Shown: positions 36,335 through 46,163 of the stretch, piece after piece | Numbering within the stretch: the stretch's first letter is position 1 | How the letters are laid out: each line of letters begins with the position of its first letter | Source: Candidatus Niyogibacteria bacterium | GTDB lineage: Bacteria > Patescibacteriota > Minisyncoccia > HO2-45-28 | Assembly (NCBI GenBank): GCA_016432485.1 | Contig: CP066691.1 | Coordinates: 516,709-580,708, forward strand | Direction of reading: 5' to 3' | DNA: 64,000 nucleotides | Position numbers and translations under genes: made by a program | The notes under the pieces: generated by a model | What the model was told of the DNA's origin: nothing | Databases searched by the model: none | Seen by the model: only the letters and a program-made list of their open reading frames with translations

Positions 36335-37111
36335 ATGGCCTGGCTATTAGTAATTTTTAACGAGATTTTTTATCGCCCGCTTTTAAATGCTCTGGTGTGG
36401 CTCACCGGTTTTTTGCCGTTCAATGATTTGGGACTTGCGGTTATTGTTTTGACCGTAGTGGTTAGAATCGTGCTTTTTCCTTTGACCCACCGTTCAATTA
36501 AAACCCAGAACAAAATGAAGCAGATTGAGCCCGAGCTTAAAAAAATAAAAGATAATTTTAAAGATCGCCAGGAACAAGCGCGCCGCACTATGGAACTCTA
36601 TCGCGCTCACGGTATCAATCCCCTTTCCGGAATCCTTTTGCTTTTTTTACAGCTTCCGATTCTTATTGCTCTTTATTTGGTTTTCCGAGAGAGCGTTAAC
36701 ATAGATGCCGCCTATTTATACGGTTTTATCGCCGTTCCGGAGCATGTCAATACGATGTTTTTGGGTTTATTTGACCTTAGTCAGGGGAGCATGATACTTG
36801 CGGCCGCGGCCGCTTTATCGCAGTTTATGCAGATAAAACTTGCTAAGCTGCCTTCCATCGCCCGCAGTTCCTCCCCCGGCGCGAAATCAATGGATTTTGG
36901 CAAGATGATGTCCTGGCAGATGACTTATTTCATGCCGCTTTTGATATTTTTTATAGCCATGCGTTTTCCGTCAGCAGTCAGTCTTTATTGGACAACGCTC
37001 AATATTTTTGCTACAGTGCACGAAGGGATAGTAAGAAAAAAAGCCCAAAAAATTTATGCCGTCGAAGGAAACAGTTCAAAGGATACAAATTCTGATTCAA
37101 AACCTTCTTGA
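36335..37111 (+). CDS. yidC: membrane protein insertase YidC (short form)
   Basis: YidC/Oxa1 core helices (PLTHRSIKTQNKMKQIEPELKKIK, LQLPILIALY). Confidence 0.88.
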   Translation: MAWLLVIFNEIFYRPLLNALVWLTGFLPFNDLGLAVIVLTVVVRIVLFPLTHRSIKTQNKMKQIEPELKKIKDNFKDRQEQARRTMELYRAHGINPLSGILLLFLQLPILIALYLVFRESVNIDAAYLYGFIAVPEHVNTMFLGLFDLSQGSMILAAAAALSQFMQIKLAKLPSIARSSSPGAKSMDFGKMMSWQMTYFMPLLIFFIAMRFPSAVSLYWTTLNIFATVHEGIVRKKAQKIYAVEGNSSKDTNSDSKPS

Positions 37112-37520
37112 AAGAATGGGGTGTTCCGGCTCTGTTGATTTTATTGAGTACCCCGAAAATTTATTTTTCAGCGTGCATACTTCCGACGGCGGAATTTTGA
37201 TAGGAGAGTCTGGTGAAAGACTGAAAGCCATCAATCACATTATTCATAAAATGGCAGAGCGCGAATTCCCCGCGGACTACCCTAGTTTGAAGTTTTTTGT
37301 TGACGTTAACGATTATCAAAAGCAAAAAATAGAAGAACTAAAGGACTTGGCGCGGCTTTCCGCCCAGCGCGTGCGTTATTTTAAAAAAGAAATTGAAATG
37401 CAGCCGATGACCTCTTATGAGCGTCGCATTATTCACGCCACGCTTACCGAGTATCCGGATATTTCCACCCAGAGCACGGGCGTCGGCGAAGAAAGAAGAG
37501 TGGTAATTAAACCTCTTTAA
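37056..37520 (+). CDS. jag: Jag/KhpB-type RNA-binding protein (KH plus R3H)
   Basis: C-terminal R3H motif (SYERRIIHATL). The true start may be the internal ATG at 37116, which would remove the overlap with yidC. Confidence 0.75.
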   Translation: MPSKETVQRIQILIQNLLERMGCSGSVDFIEYPENLFFSVHTSDGGILIGESGERLKAINHIIHKMAEREFPADYPSLKFFVDVNDYQKQKIEELKDLARLSAQRVRYFKKEIEMQPMTSYERRIIHATLTEYPDISTQSTGVGEERRVVIKPL

Positions 37521-37527
37521 AAAATCT

Positions 37528-38691
37528 CTAATTTATAATTTCTAAACTCCAAAGTGAGCCGCTGTTTTTATCTATGAAGAATAGAAAGACGCCGTCGTAT
37601 GATACGGTTATTTGTTTTATGTTGAACGGCAAGGTTTCGTCAAGCAGACGTTTTTGTCCGGTTTCAAAATTTATTTCCCATAATGTATCGCTGGTTGAAA
37701 TAGAGCCTTGCAGCCATTCATCGGGGTAAACAGCCGCTTGCAGACCCTGATCTAGGCCGCAATAAACAAGACCGGCGTTTTTTCGGGTAAAAGAGCATTT
37801 TTCAGCCAGGCCATCGGTTTGGATATCGACAGCCGTTTTTTTGTTCAGGTCGTAAATGAAAAGCCGAGGTTTTTCCGAGGCGGCGTCGTAGACGGAGTAA
37901 ATGACTTTCTGGCCGTCATCTGAAAATTTTATCTGCAGTCCTGCCAGGTCTCCCAAAATTTTGTTAAGAGTCCCCCGCTGGAGGTCGTATTTAAACAGAA
38001 ATCCTTCGGCAACTCCGGACGGACGGCTTAACAGATAAACGGAATTTTTTTCGGGCCAATAAATATCAAAATCTCCGAAAGGAAAAGACGCGACATCAGT
38101 CTGTCTGGAATTATCGGGGTCGGCGGCAATAAGACGCGAGCCGTTCGGCGTCGGTACGAGATAGAGGAGGCGTTCTCTATCCGGCGCGAACGCGAATGAA
38201 ATTATATTTTGGGGCAGAACCGTCGCCCTTGTTGAGGTCGCTATAAATTCGGCCGAAACTGTCCGGATATTGTCATTCTCAATATATTTAAAAATTATTT
38301 TTGAGGCATTTTGGGACCACGATGTTTCAAATATTTTCGGTATGGTCGTGTTTGAAACTCGAGTTTGGTCTTCTCCACGCGGCCCGATGTCCATTATATG
38401 TCCGTCTTGTTTCAAGAGGTAGCGCAGACCGGTTTCTTTTATTGAAAAACTTTCAACCGGACCCTGGTCAAGCATTAAAAGCGCCAGTTCTTCCGCAATC
38501 GGCGCGGGCGCGGTTTCGGGTGAAGGCTGAGCTGGCTCCCCTCCTCCGAAAAGACCGAAAGGAAATCTTTGTAAAAATCCGCGCTCCGCTTCTTCAGCTA
38601 ACGGCGCCGGTCTGACCGCAAGCCAAATCGCCCCGGCGGCGATTACGAGGATGAAAAATATGATTAATCCTATAGCTAATGGTTTATTCAT
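37528..38691 (-). CDS. membrane-anchored beta-propeller (TolB/PD40-like) protein; last gene of the T4SS-like block
   Basis: N-terminal TM helix followed by a repetitive beta-strand-rich sequence with PD40-like patterns. Confidence 0.35.
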   Translation of the reverse strand: MNKPLAIGLIIFFILVIAAGAIWLAVRPAPLAEEAERGFLQRFPFGLFGGGEPAQPSPETAPAPIAEELALLMLDQGPVESFSIKETGLRYLLKQDGHIMDIGPRGEDQTRVSNTTIPKIFETSWSQNASKIIFKYIENDNIRTVSAEFIATSTRATVLPQNIISFAFAPDRERLLYLVPTPNGSRLIAADPDNSRQTDVASFPFGDFDIYWPEKNSVYLLSRPSGVAEGFLFKYDLQRGTLNKILGDLAGLQIKFSDDGQKVIYSVYDAASEKPRLFIYDLNKKTAVDIQTDGLAEKCSFTRKNAGLVYCGLDQGLQAAVYPDEWLQGSISTSDTLWEINFETGQKRLLDETLPFNIKQITVSYDGVFLFFIDKNSGSLWSLEIIN

Positions 38692-38699
38692 AATTTATT

Positions 38700-39542
38700 T
38701 TAACAATTTGTGCCTAACCATGAACATAAAAATCCTTTGGATTGTTGAGACGATTGTTGCTGGGTTGTCTGTTGCTGTGTTTTGGCGGAGCCTACGCAAA
38801 CATAATATCTGGCAGCGCCACTTATATTGCCGCTTCCGGGGAATTGCGACAGGAGACCGAACTCGCCGCCCGCCCCCGAGCATTTTTGCTCCATATTTTC
38901 TATGGCTTTTCTTCTTTCATTGATGTCGTTTGTGCCGAAACTCATCAAATCAATAAATTCTTCAATTTTTAACTTTTTACCGTAAACAGACAGTTTTTGA
39001 TTGATGTTTTCCACGGTTTTAGCCGTATCTCCCGGTATATTAGGACTGGGCGGTATAACTTTTTTCGTTGCGTTCTTTACGATTTCTTGTGTTGATGGTT
39101 CGACTCCGAATAACACATCTTTCCAATCCGGACATTTTCCCTCCGGACATTCTGATGTAAAGGCGCTTGGCGTTTTCGGATTCACAAAAACCGGATTTAT
39201 GGTGTTTAAAGTTATCCATGAAAGAAGAGCCACTGCTAATCCTAGAACAGACGCGGCAATGCGGTTTTTGGCCGCTTCAACCTGCGGAGGGGAGATTGCC
39301 CCTGCCATCCACTGAAAACCCGCGAATATAATGGAAAGAGTAGCGATGACGGCAGCTGAGGCAATCATCAGAGGGAAAAGCCATTTTAAAAAACCGATAA
39401 AACCGTCCCGGGTTTGATTCCATGTGGTGAACTGCTGGGCTGCCTGTTTATCTATCGTGTAATCAGCCGCCTCCGTTGTTATTGCGGCAAACGATATAAA
39501 AAGCGCGATTATTATTGATATGTAAATAATTTTATAAAACAT
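38700..39542 (-). CDS. secreted membrane protein with VirB2/TrbC-like hydrophobic hairpin (candidate pilin) and Q-rich C-terminal extension
   Basis: Signal peptide followed by two long hydrophobic helices (LFPLMIASAAVIATLSIIFAGF / AASVLGLAVALLSWITL), then a ~150-aa soluble tail. Confidence 0.3.
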   Translation of the reverse strand: MFYKIIYISIIIALFISFAAITTEAADYTIDKQAAQQFTTWNQTRDGFIGFLKWLFPLMIASAAVIATLSIIFAGFQWMAGAISPPQVEAAKNRIAASVLGLAVALLSWITLNTINPVFVNPKTPSAFTSECPEGKCPDWKDVLFGVEPSTQEIVKNATKKVIPPSPNIPGDTAKTVENINQKLSVYGKKLKIEEFIDLMSFGTNDINERRKAIENMEQKCSGAGGEFGLLSQFPGSGNISGAARYYVCVGSAKTQQQTTQQQSSQQSKGFLCSWLGTNC

Positions 39543-40536
39543 TTATCGTAAAAGTTTGCCTGGCTTCTTGTAAGATGTTGGAGGTGTTTTTAATTAAAAT
39601 TTCCACCACCGAACTGCCGCCGGCATCGGCCGCGGCCCCGAGGTTTAAAATGTTTTGCGGAGCTTCCTGGCCGGCTCTTCGGCCGTCCACCGACCAGACG
39701 TATTCAAGGTTTTCGCGGCCGCGATCCAGCGAGAAAAAGAACGGATGAGCTATAAAAGATTTTTTCTCTCCGGCAAAAATTACATCATTCCTTCGGTCTT
39801 GAAAAGCGAAATCGTTTTTGGGTCCCGAGAGCGCGTCGTTTTCGTAAACTAGAATAGAAGGATTTAAGACGCCGATATCTATTGATTTTTTGGCAGTGAT
39901 GTTTCCGTCCAGATTTGAAACTTCAAGGTTAACGATATGCGTGAGGTCGGAAGAAAATCCCGCGCCGAAAGTGAAAGTATTTCTGCCCGCGCCTGATTGC
40001 GCCTGTTTGAAATCATTGTCAAGCGTCCAGCGATAAATCAGGCCGGATGCCGGAATTTTTCTGCCGCCGGAAACCAGGTTTGGGAAAGCGCTTGCGGTTA
40101 TTGCTGATTTCGGCGAAGCCAGAGCTTTTCCTTTGTACCAAAAAGGAATTGATGTCGCGGCCCGCCATAAGATGTCAACATCGGCTATGACCAGCGAGAA
40201 TTCTGTTTCGTGGCGTATGCCGTTTACGTCTATTGCGACGACGGTTAATATTTCTGATTTTCCGACATCTCCGGTTGTGAATCCGTATTCTTTAAGGCCG
40301 GTTCCGCGGAGCGCGACCGCGCCGTTATGAATCCATGTAATTTGTGAGCTGTTTAATTCAAAAGAAAACGCCGAAACGCGGGCGATAATGTTTTGATTGG
40401 GACCCGGAGCATCGGTTGGGATCAGCTCTATAAAAAAGTTTTCCGTTCCCGTTCCCAAATCAATCTGGGCTCCGGCAGGAAAAATCGTCAGAAAAGCCAG
40501 AAATAAAACCGTTGTTAATAAAAATTTATTTCGCAT
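39532..40536 (-). CDS. secreted hypothetical protein
   Basis: Cleavable signal peptide (LFLAFLTIFPAGAQ) and a beta-rich sequence; 334 aa. Confidence 0.4.
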   Translation of the reverse strand: MRNKFLLTTVLFLAFLTIFPAGAQIDLGTGTENFFIELIPTDAPGPNQNIIARVSAFSFELNSSQITWIHNGAVALRGTGLKEYGFTTGDVGKSEILTVVAIDVNGIRHETEFSLVIADVDILWRAATSIPFWYKGKALASPKSAITASAFPNLVSGGRKIPASGLIYRWTLDNDFKQAQSGAGRNTFTFGAGFSSDLTHIVNLEVSNLDGNITAKKSIDIGVLNPSILVYENDALSGPKNDFAFQDRRNDVIFAGEKKSFIAHPFFFSLDRGRENLEYVWSVDGRRAGQEAPQNILNLGAAADAGGSSVVEILIKNTSNILQEARQTFTINVL

Positions 40537-40540
40537 ATTA

Positions 40541-40924
40541 TTATTCTCCGAAAAACGTCCTAAATTGCGGACTCTTATTGTAAAAGTATAGAAACACCAC
40601 CATTCCGGTATAAGCCGGCAGAAAAGGTATGAATCCCGAAGCCCCGCTTAGGTGAAAGGCCCACGGTTTTTTAAGTTCGCGGGCTTGTGTCCACGCGAAT
40701 ATAGTAAACCAAGCTATACCGTCTATTATAAAACCGACAAGGGGTACTTGGCTAATTAAGTCGCAAAACGAAGCAAAACCAATCATCATTCCGAACTCGG
40801 ACTTGCTTACCATGGGACCGGCCACGGCGGCCGCTTTTTGCGTCGCCAGGCCTTCATTTTTACGGGATTCCTGAAGTTTCAAGTTTCGTTCGCCTTCCTC
40901 GGTTGTAATATTTTCATCAGCCAT
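40541..40924 (-). CDS. small membrane protein
   Basis: 127 aa with 2-3 hydrophobic helices. Confidence 0.4.
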   Translation of the reverse strand: MADENITTEEGERNLKLQESRKNEGLATQKAAAVAGPMVSKSEFGMMIGFASFCDLISQVPLVGFIIDGIAWFTIFAWTQARELKKPWAFHLSGASGFIPFLPAYTGMVVFLYFYNKSPQFRTFFGE

Positions 40925-40932
40925 GTTTTAAA

Positions 40933-42750
40933 TTATTTTTCCTGCGCTATTCCCTGCTTCGCCTTTTTAATCGCTAATAATTGCTGGGGGTCGGAAGTTA
41001 TAATTTGGTCTTCGGTGTAAGACGATATTATTTTGATGGCCACATGTTTGAGGCCGGCGAAAAACAACCCTTCGCCGATATCGGACTCCAGTATCAGGAA
41101 TTTTTCTTCGTCGGTCAGGTTGAAAGTTTTTTGGAGAAGATCAATGGTCGCGGGCGACTGTTTTAAAAGAATCTGGATTGAAGAGTTTGTAATGATGGGC
41201 ACGCCGTAAGGGGAGCGCAAAAAATCGCCCACGTCTTGAGTAATCGTCGCCACTCCCAAAAAATATTTTCTCGCGCGCTTGGCTATGCCGAATAAGAATG
41301 AGGCGCCCTGTTCTTCTTTCATAATCCACCAGGCTTCGTCTATGACCAGAATTCTCTTTTTTAAATTTTTTCGGACAGCGTTCCAGATATGGTGGGTTAT
41401 CAAATACATTGCCACCGGACGCAGTTCGTCCTCCATGTCTCTTACCGAAAAAACCACCAGCTTTTTATTTATATCAACATTTGTAGGCTGGTTGATGAAG
41501 CCGGCCCAAGTGCCCTGGGTGTATTTGCGCATGCGCTGGGCCAATCCTTCGCCGCCTTCCATATTGGCTAAAATCAATTCAAGATCCGAAAGTATCGGCG
41601 GAATTTTTGAAGAAAAATCAGATTCCGGAGTAATGTCGCGCGAAGCGTAAGTTTCGGTGATGGCCCGGTCTAAAATGGAATCCTCTTCCGGCGTAAGTCC
41701 GCCGAGCATTATGCGGAAAAGTCCGACTAAGTTTATGATGTTAGACCTTAAAATATCCGAGGGGTCTTCGTCTTCGCGGGGTTTGGGCAGGTCAAAAGGA
41801 TTAATATGATGCTGGGAAGAAAGAGAGATGTTGAAATATCGGCCGTCAACGGCCTCCGACAGAAATTCATATTCGCGTTCGGGGTCAATCACTATGACAT
41901 CGGTGTCAAACATTAAAGAGCGAAGTATTTCAAGTTTCGTGGCATAACTTTTTCCCGCTCCGGCTTTGGCGAAAATGACCGAATTGTAGTTTTCAAGCGA
42001 GAATCTGTCAAAAAGAACCAGGCTGTTATTATGGCGATTTACGCCGTAAAGAATGCCTCGGTTGGAAGTGAGGTCAAATGAAACAAAAGGGAAAAGACTT
42101 GATATCGGCGAGGAATTAAGTTTGTTGTTGACTCCCAGAATGTCCCGTCCCAGGGGGAAAACAGTCAGGAGGCCGTCATCCTGCTGGAAAAGAGCGGGTT
42201 TGGCGTAAACCAGACGGGATTCAAGCATTGACCTTATTTCCGTTTCGTCCCGGTTGAGTTCTTCCAGAGTGTCGGCATAGATTGTCATATAAAGGCCGAA
42301 AGAAAAAAGTTTTTCCTGCGCCTGTTGCAGTTTGTCGCGCAGTTCCTCCAGGTTTTGATAAGCGGCATCCAGCATCGGGTCCCTAACCAGGCCTTTTTCT
42401 TCGCGCATGTGGATTTGAGACTGGACTTCGGCGACCTTTTTCTGGAGCTGGCGTAAAACTCCGGCCGTATCCATCGGATGGATGTAAATAGATATGTCAA
42501 AAACCTTGTCGAGATTTATGATTGAGCTGAACCAGTTCACGGCCAGATATTTGGGATAGGAGAAAATAAAAATGGTGCGGGCTATTTTTTCCCCGATTTT
42601 TACGTAATTTGAATTTACTTCCAAAGCTGACGGCGCGATGATGTCTTTCAATTCCAAAACCGCGGCCTCGTAAATCTGTTCGGGCTGAATCGCGATTATC
42701 TCGTCGTTTGCCCCCACCTCCTTCTTTTTGAATAAGTCTCCTAAAGCCAT
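40933..42750 (-). CDS. VirB4/TrbE/CagE-family type IV secretion ATPase (C-terminal ATPase part)
   Basis: Walker A FAKAGAGKSYATK, the VirB4-type Walker B LVIDEAWWIM and downstream motifs; 605 aa. Confidence 0.7.
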   Translation of the reverse strand: MALGDLFKKKEVGANDEIIAIQPEQIYEAAVLELKDIIAPSALEVNSNYVKIGEKIARTIFIFSYPKYLAVNWFSSIINLDKVFDISIYIHPMDTAGVLRQLQKKVAEVQSQIHMREEKGLVRDPMLDAAYQNLEELRDKLQQAQEKLFSFGLYMTIYADTLEELNRDETEIRSMLESRLVYAKPALFQQDDGLLTVFPLGRDILGVNNKLNSSPISSLFPFVSFDLTSNRGILYGVNRHNNSLVLFDRFSLENYNSVIFAKAGAGKSYATKLEILRSLMFDTDVIVIDPEREYEFLSEAVDGRYFNISLSSQHHINPFDLPKPREDEDPSDILRSNIINLVGLFRIMLGGLTPEEDSILDRAITETYASRDITPESDFSSKIPPILSDLELILANMEGGEGLAQRMRKYTQGTWAGFINQPTNVDINKKLVVFSVRDMEDELRPVAMYLITHHIWNAVRKNLKKRILVIDEAWWIMKEEQGASFLFGIAKRARKYFLGVATITQDVGDFLRSPYGVPIITNSSIQILLKQSPATIDLLQKTFNLTDEEKFLILESDIGEGLFFAGLKHVAIKIISSYTEDQIITSDPQQLLAIKKAKQGIAQEK

Positions 42751-42761
42751 AATGTTAAAGT

Positions 42762-43415
42762 TTAAGTTCTAATTTGCGGCGCGTGTCCTTTTTCCAATTC
42801 CCCCGGGTTGAATAATCCGTAGAAGAGTTCAACCGCCTCTTCGGTGTTTAGGGGCGCGGTTCGCGTTCCGGTTGAAGCAATGGCTCCCGAAACCGTTTCG
42901 GCTCTTTGCCAGAGTTGATTTTTATGTTCCTCAAATTTTTCATCGCTTAGTTGTTTGTCTTCTTTTTTTACGCCGAAAAGCCCTTTGAATATCCCGCCCA
43001 GTCCGTTTTTTTTGCCGATCTCAATTAAGGGAGGGGCAAAAGAGACGACGATGTAGAAATTTTTGGTCACGATTTTTGTGGTTTCAACAAAAGTTCTGAT
43101 GAATTCAATGTATTCGCGTGTCTGTATTTTCAATAATTCATTAGTCTGGTCGCGTTCTGTTTCGCGCAGAGTTTCAAGGTAGGGTTCAATATTGAGCCTG
43201 CGTGACTGGATCACGATTTGCACCGAGAAATCCAGCGCGTTTAAAAAGTTTTGATATTGCGCGGTAATGGCCTCTTGCTCCTCGTTTGACCTTAAGGCGA
43301 AATTCAAAGACGAAGCCATCAAAACCATATGTAGGCTTTTATCTTCGGTGATTATTATGCCGTCGCGTATTTCTCTTATCGGCACGAATTCCTGCGCTGA
43401 TAGTGGTTTTGCCAT
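42762..43415 (-). CDS. probable N-terminal domain of VirB4 encoded as a separate ORF
   Basis: 217 aa ending 11 nt before the ATPase ORF. Combined length of 822 aa equals a typical VirB4. Confidence 0.4.
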   Translation of the reverse strand: MAKPLSAQEFVPIREIRDGIIITEDKSLHMVLMASSLNFALRSNEEQEAITAQYQNFLNALDFSVQIVIQSRRLNIEPYLETLRETERDQTNELLKIQTREYIEFIRTFVETTKIVTKNFYIVVSFAPPLIEIGKKNGLGGIFKGLFGVKKEDKQLSDEKFEEHKNQLWQRAETVSGAIASTGTRTAPLNTEEAVELFYGLFNPGELEKGHAPQIRT

Positions 43416-43820
43416 TTACTTAATTTTCTCTTTAACATCTAAAGACCAAGCCAGGTCCTTTAATTTGCTTTCGGTGGTTTTAGGTAAAACGAATTCTTGT
43501 TTGGGAGCCGAAATTTTTTGGGCTTTGGGTTTTTTGGTCTCGCTTCTTTTCCAGATATAAAGTTTTGATTTGGTGTAATATGATACGGCGTTGGCCATTA
43601 CGTTTATGAAAGGCTGATTATGCACTTTATAAAATGCCAAAGCCAAAGCCAGCCCGGCGACCGGCAAACCCAGAAGCACTGTCAGAAAAAAGGGCAGAAA
43701 AACATATATTATGAAAACCGTAGCGACGCCCCCCAGAAGATAGATAAACTGCTTCAGGGTCAGCGGCCCGAAAATTTTGTCTTCAACCTCTATGAATTGC
43801 GGAACGCTAAATTGTCTCAT
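43416..43820 (-). CDS. VirB3/PrgI-like small 2-TM protein
   Basis: 134 aa with two TM helices, located immediately upstream of VirB4, which is the conserved VirB3 position. Confidence 0.4.
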   Translation of the reverse strand: MRQFSVPQFIEVEDKIFGPLTLKQFIYLLGGVATVFIIYVFLPFFLTVLLGLPVAGLALALAFYKVHNQPFINVMANAVSYYTKSKLYIWKRSETKKPKAQKISAPKQEFVLPKTTESKLKDLAWSLDVKEKIK

Positions 43821-43822
43821 AT

Positions 43823-44452
43823 TTATTTTGGGGGCTCTTTATAAGGGTCGGCTTTATCCGGATAACGATTTTCTTTTCGGGCTTGCTCTGTTTCTTCGGA
43901 CAATGATTCCCCGGGCATAAAAACTTTTTCTTCAAGCCTGGTTTCAAACGGCGAAGTTTTTAAACTTTTAAACTCTTCTGTCCCCTTTATTTCACGATTC
44001 GGAGTTTGCGTCTCGGTTTCAACTGATTTTTCGGGAGGAACGGCAGGAACATGGGAAATAGGAGCAACAGGAGAAACGGGTGGGACAAAAGGAGTGGGCG
44101 CGGTCGGCGTTTCGGAAATAACTTCCTCACCAACCGCGTGTATTTTTTTCAGAGATTCTTTGACTTTTGAAAAAATCTGCGCGTTTATCTCCTGCGCGAT
44201 TTTTTTAGTCGTTTCCGGATCGGTTCCGAGACGTCCGGTTAAATTAGAAATGAAATCGCGCGGATGCGTGACTCCAAGCATCAGAAGTCCGGTTTCATCG
44301 TCCAGTTCTCCCATTTTGTCAATTTGGAGGCCGTATTTTTTGCCAATCGCCTGAACAATATCAGCTGTATCTATGCTGGTGATGGCATTTTGCAGTTCTT
44401 TCGGCAGGCCTTTATATTTTTCAAAAATTTGTTCGTTAGTTAGTTGAGACAT
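43823..44452 (-). CDS. hypothetical soluble protein with Pro-rich linker
   Basis: 209 aa; the stop overlaps the next gene's start; contains PTAPTPFVPPVSPVAP. Confidence 0.4.
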   Translation of the reverse strand: MSQLTNEQIFEKYKGLPKELQNAITSIDTADIVQAIGKKYGLQIDKMGELDDETGLLMLGVTHPRDFISNLTGRLGTDPETTKKIAQEINAQIFSKVKESLKKIHAVGEEVISETPTAPTPFVPPVSPVAPISHVPAVPPEKSVETETQTPNREIKGTEEFKSLKTSPFETRLEEKVFMPGESLSEETEQARKENRYPDKADPYKEPPK

Positions 44453-46140
44453 TATTTATTCTTTTTTTCTTTATCTGATTCGGCCTTTTGCTTAGACATT
44501 TTTTCTACTTCCTCCAGACTTTCGTTCATGGCATTTATTTTTTCCCCGACAGTAGCCTTGGGATTATTTAAAATTGCCGCTCTTTTTGCCTTCCTGCTTC
44601 TTTCGTCCAAAACTTTTTCAATTGCTTCTCGTCGCGCTCTATTCAGGAATTGCAGCCTAGAGGTCTTTAAGTTTTTAAGGGTGTCTGTGCTGTAAGAAGA
44701 GTATTGTTGCGTGTAGCGTTTTATTTCGGGTTGATCGAGCGTTGATGCTTTAGTTATGCCGCGCCCGACAAATGGCATGGAGCGCACAAACTTCGCGGCG
44801 CGCGTTTCACTTTCAGCAATAGTTTTGGCGATAGGCGCGGTGTATCTTTTGCCGACCGTTCCGGCATATCCGACAGCCCACTTGCGGGCGGATTTTACTC
44901 CTTTTTCGGCCCATTCGGCGGCTTTGCCGCCCATTTGTTTGGCCACAAGAACGCTTGCCATAAGCATTATGATTAAAAGAAGGTAGTAAGCAATCATTGA
45001 AAAACTGGTAACAAAGGCCGTGCTTTCGGCTTGCCCGCCTTTTATTCCCGTCAGCAGGTCTTTGGCTTTGCCCGAAGCAATCATTTCAACCGTAACGCCA
45101 AAAAGGAAGAAAAACGCCGGCGCGAAAAATGCCTGTTTGAGCAAAGTTGACCACCATTGTCTGGCATAAGAATCCAATCCCGGGATTGCGTAGAATAGAA
45201 ACGCGACGGGAGAAAGAATCATTAAAAACCATAAAATTACCACCCGGATTAAAAGCGATAGTCCGGCAAAAGCTAGCGCAAATATGGCGACAAGAATAAA
45301 AACCGTTACGCCGAGCATTGCCACTGTCATCTGAATCAGAGTATTAGGCAGGTCTTTTTGCGCGGTTTCAAGCTTTTTTCGCAGGCTTTCTTCCTCACTG
45401 AGGAGTTTTTTTATTCCGGGATCTTCCGGAGCGCTCTCGCCGACAATAAGCTTTTCCGTCACGCTCGCCAATTGTTCCTGTATTTTCGATATGTCGCTGA
45501 ATCCGAACTTGGCGCTTTTAAACATCTGATTCGGATTTAATCCGGCAAGAAATTTGACCGAGAGGGACGCCGAACTTTTTCCCTGCGCCCCCCCCGGCAG
45601 AAAAAATCCGGTCATAAGATTTGAAGAAAAGACAACGTATTGCGTAAGCAAAAACGAAAAGTTGATGAAGAGGGCGGCTATTATCAGGCGGGGCAGAAGT
45701 TTTTTGACTCCGAACGTATCTACCTGCAGGATGGTCGCGATGGCGATGGTTAAAAGTATAAAAATGAAAAAGAGGTTCGCGCTGTCGCGGGCTATGGTCC
45801 ACCCCTTGTAGATGGCGTCAAGATTATAGGTTGCCGGATCAAGCGTGAATGCAGTTACCAGGTCAAAGATAATTCCGAAAACCTGAAACATTGCTGATAC
45901 GAACATGAGTGCCGCGAATACCATCCAGCTTACTGCGGTAAGAATTGGGCAGCCGAGAAACCAGCCGACCCCTGACAAATCAGCACAAGATGCTTTTGAA
46001 AGTTCGGCGGCAACGCCGGTGTTTTGAGCGTAAGCGGCTGCGGGCTGCAAATACAGAATTGAGATTATCAGCATTAAAATCGCTACCGTTATTAAAGCGG
46101 CCGATTTCTTACTTTTTAATTTCTTTTTTAAAAAATTCAT
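44452..46140 (-). CDS. polytopic membrane protein, VirB6/TrbL-like
   Basis: Signal peptide then at least 8 TM helices over ~400 aa and a ~130-aa charged C-terminal tail; sits in the T4SS context. Confidence 0.35.
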   Translation of the reverse strand: MNFLKKKLKSKKSAALITVAILMLIISILYLQPAAAYAQNTGVAAELSKASCADLSGVGWFLGCPILTAVSWMVFAALMFVSAMFQVFGIIFDLVTAFTLDPATYNLDAIYKGWTIARDSANLFFIFILLTIAIATILQVDTFGVKKLLPRLIIAALFINFSFLLTQYVVFSSNLMTGFFLPGGAQGKSSASLSVKFLAGLNPNQMFKSAKFGFSDISKIQEQLASVTEKLIVGESAPEDPGIKKLLSEEESLRKKLETAQKDLPNTLIQMTVAMLGVTVFILVAIFALAFAGLSLLIRVVILWFLMILSPVAFLFYAIPGLDSYARQWWSTLLKQAFFAPAFFFLFGVTVEMIASGKAKDLLTGIKGGQAESTAFVTSFSMIAYYLLLIIMLMASVLVAKQMGGKAAEWAEKGVKSARKWAVGYAGTVGKRYTAPIAKTIAESETRAAKFVRSMPFVGRGITKASTLDQPEIKRYTQQYSSYSTDTLKNLKTSRLQFLNRARREAIEKVLDERSRKAKRAAILNNPKATVGEKINAMNESLEEVEKMSKQKAESDKEKKNK

Positions 46141-46163
46141 TTATGGCGAAATTTTTATGATTT

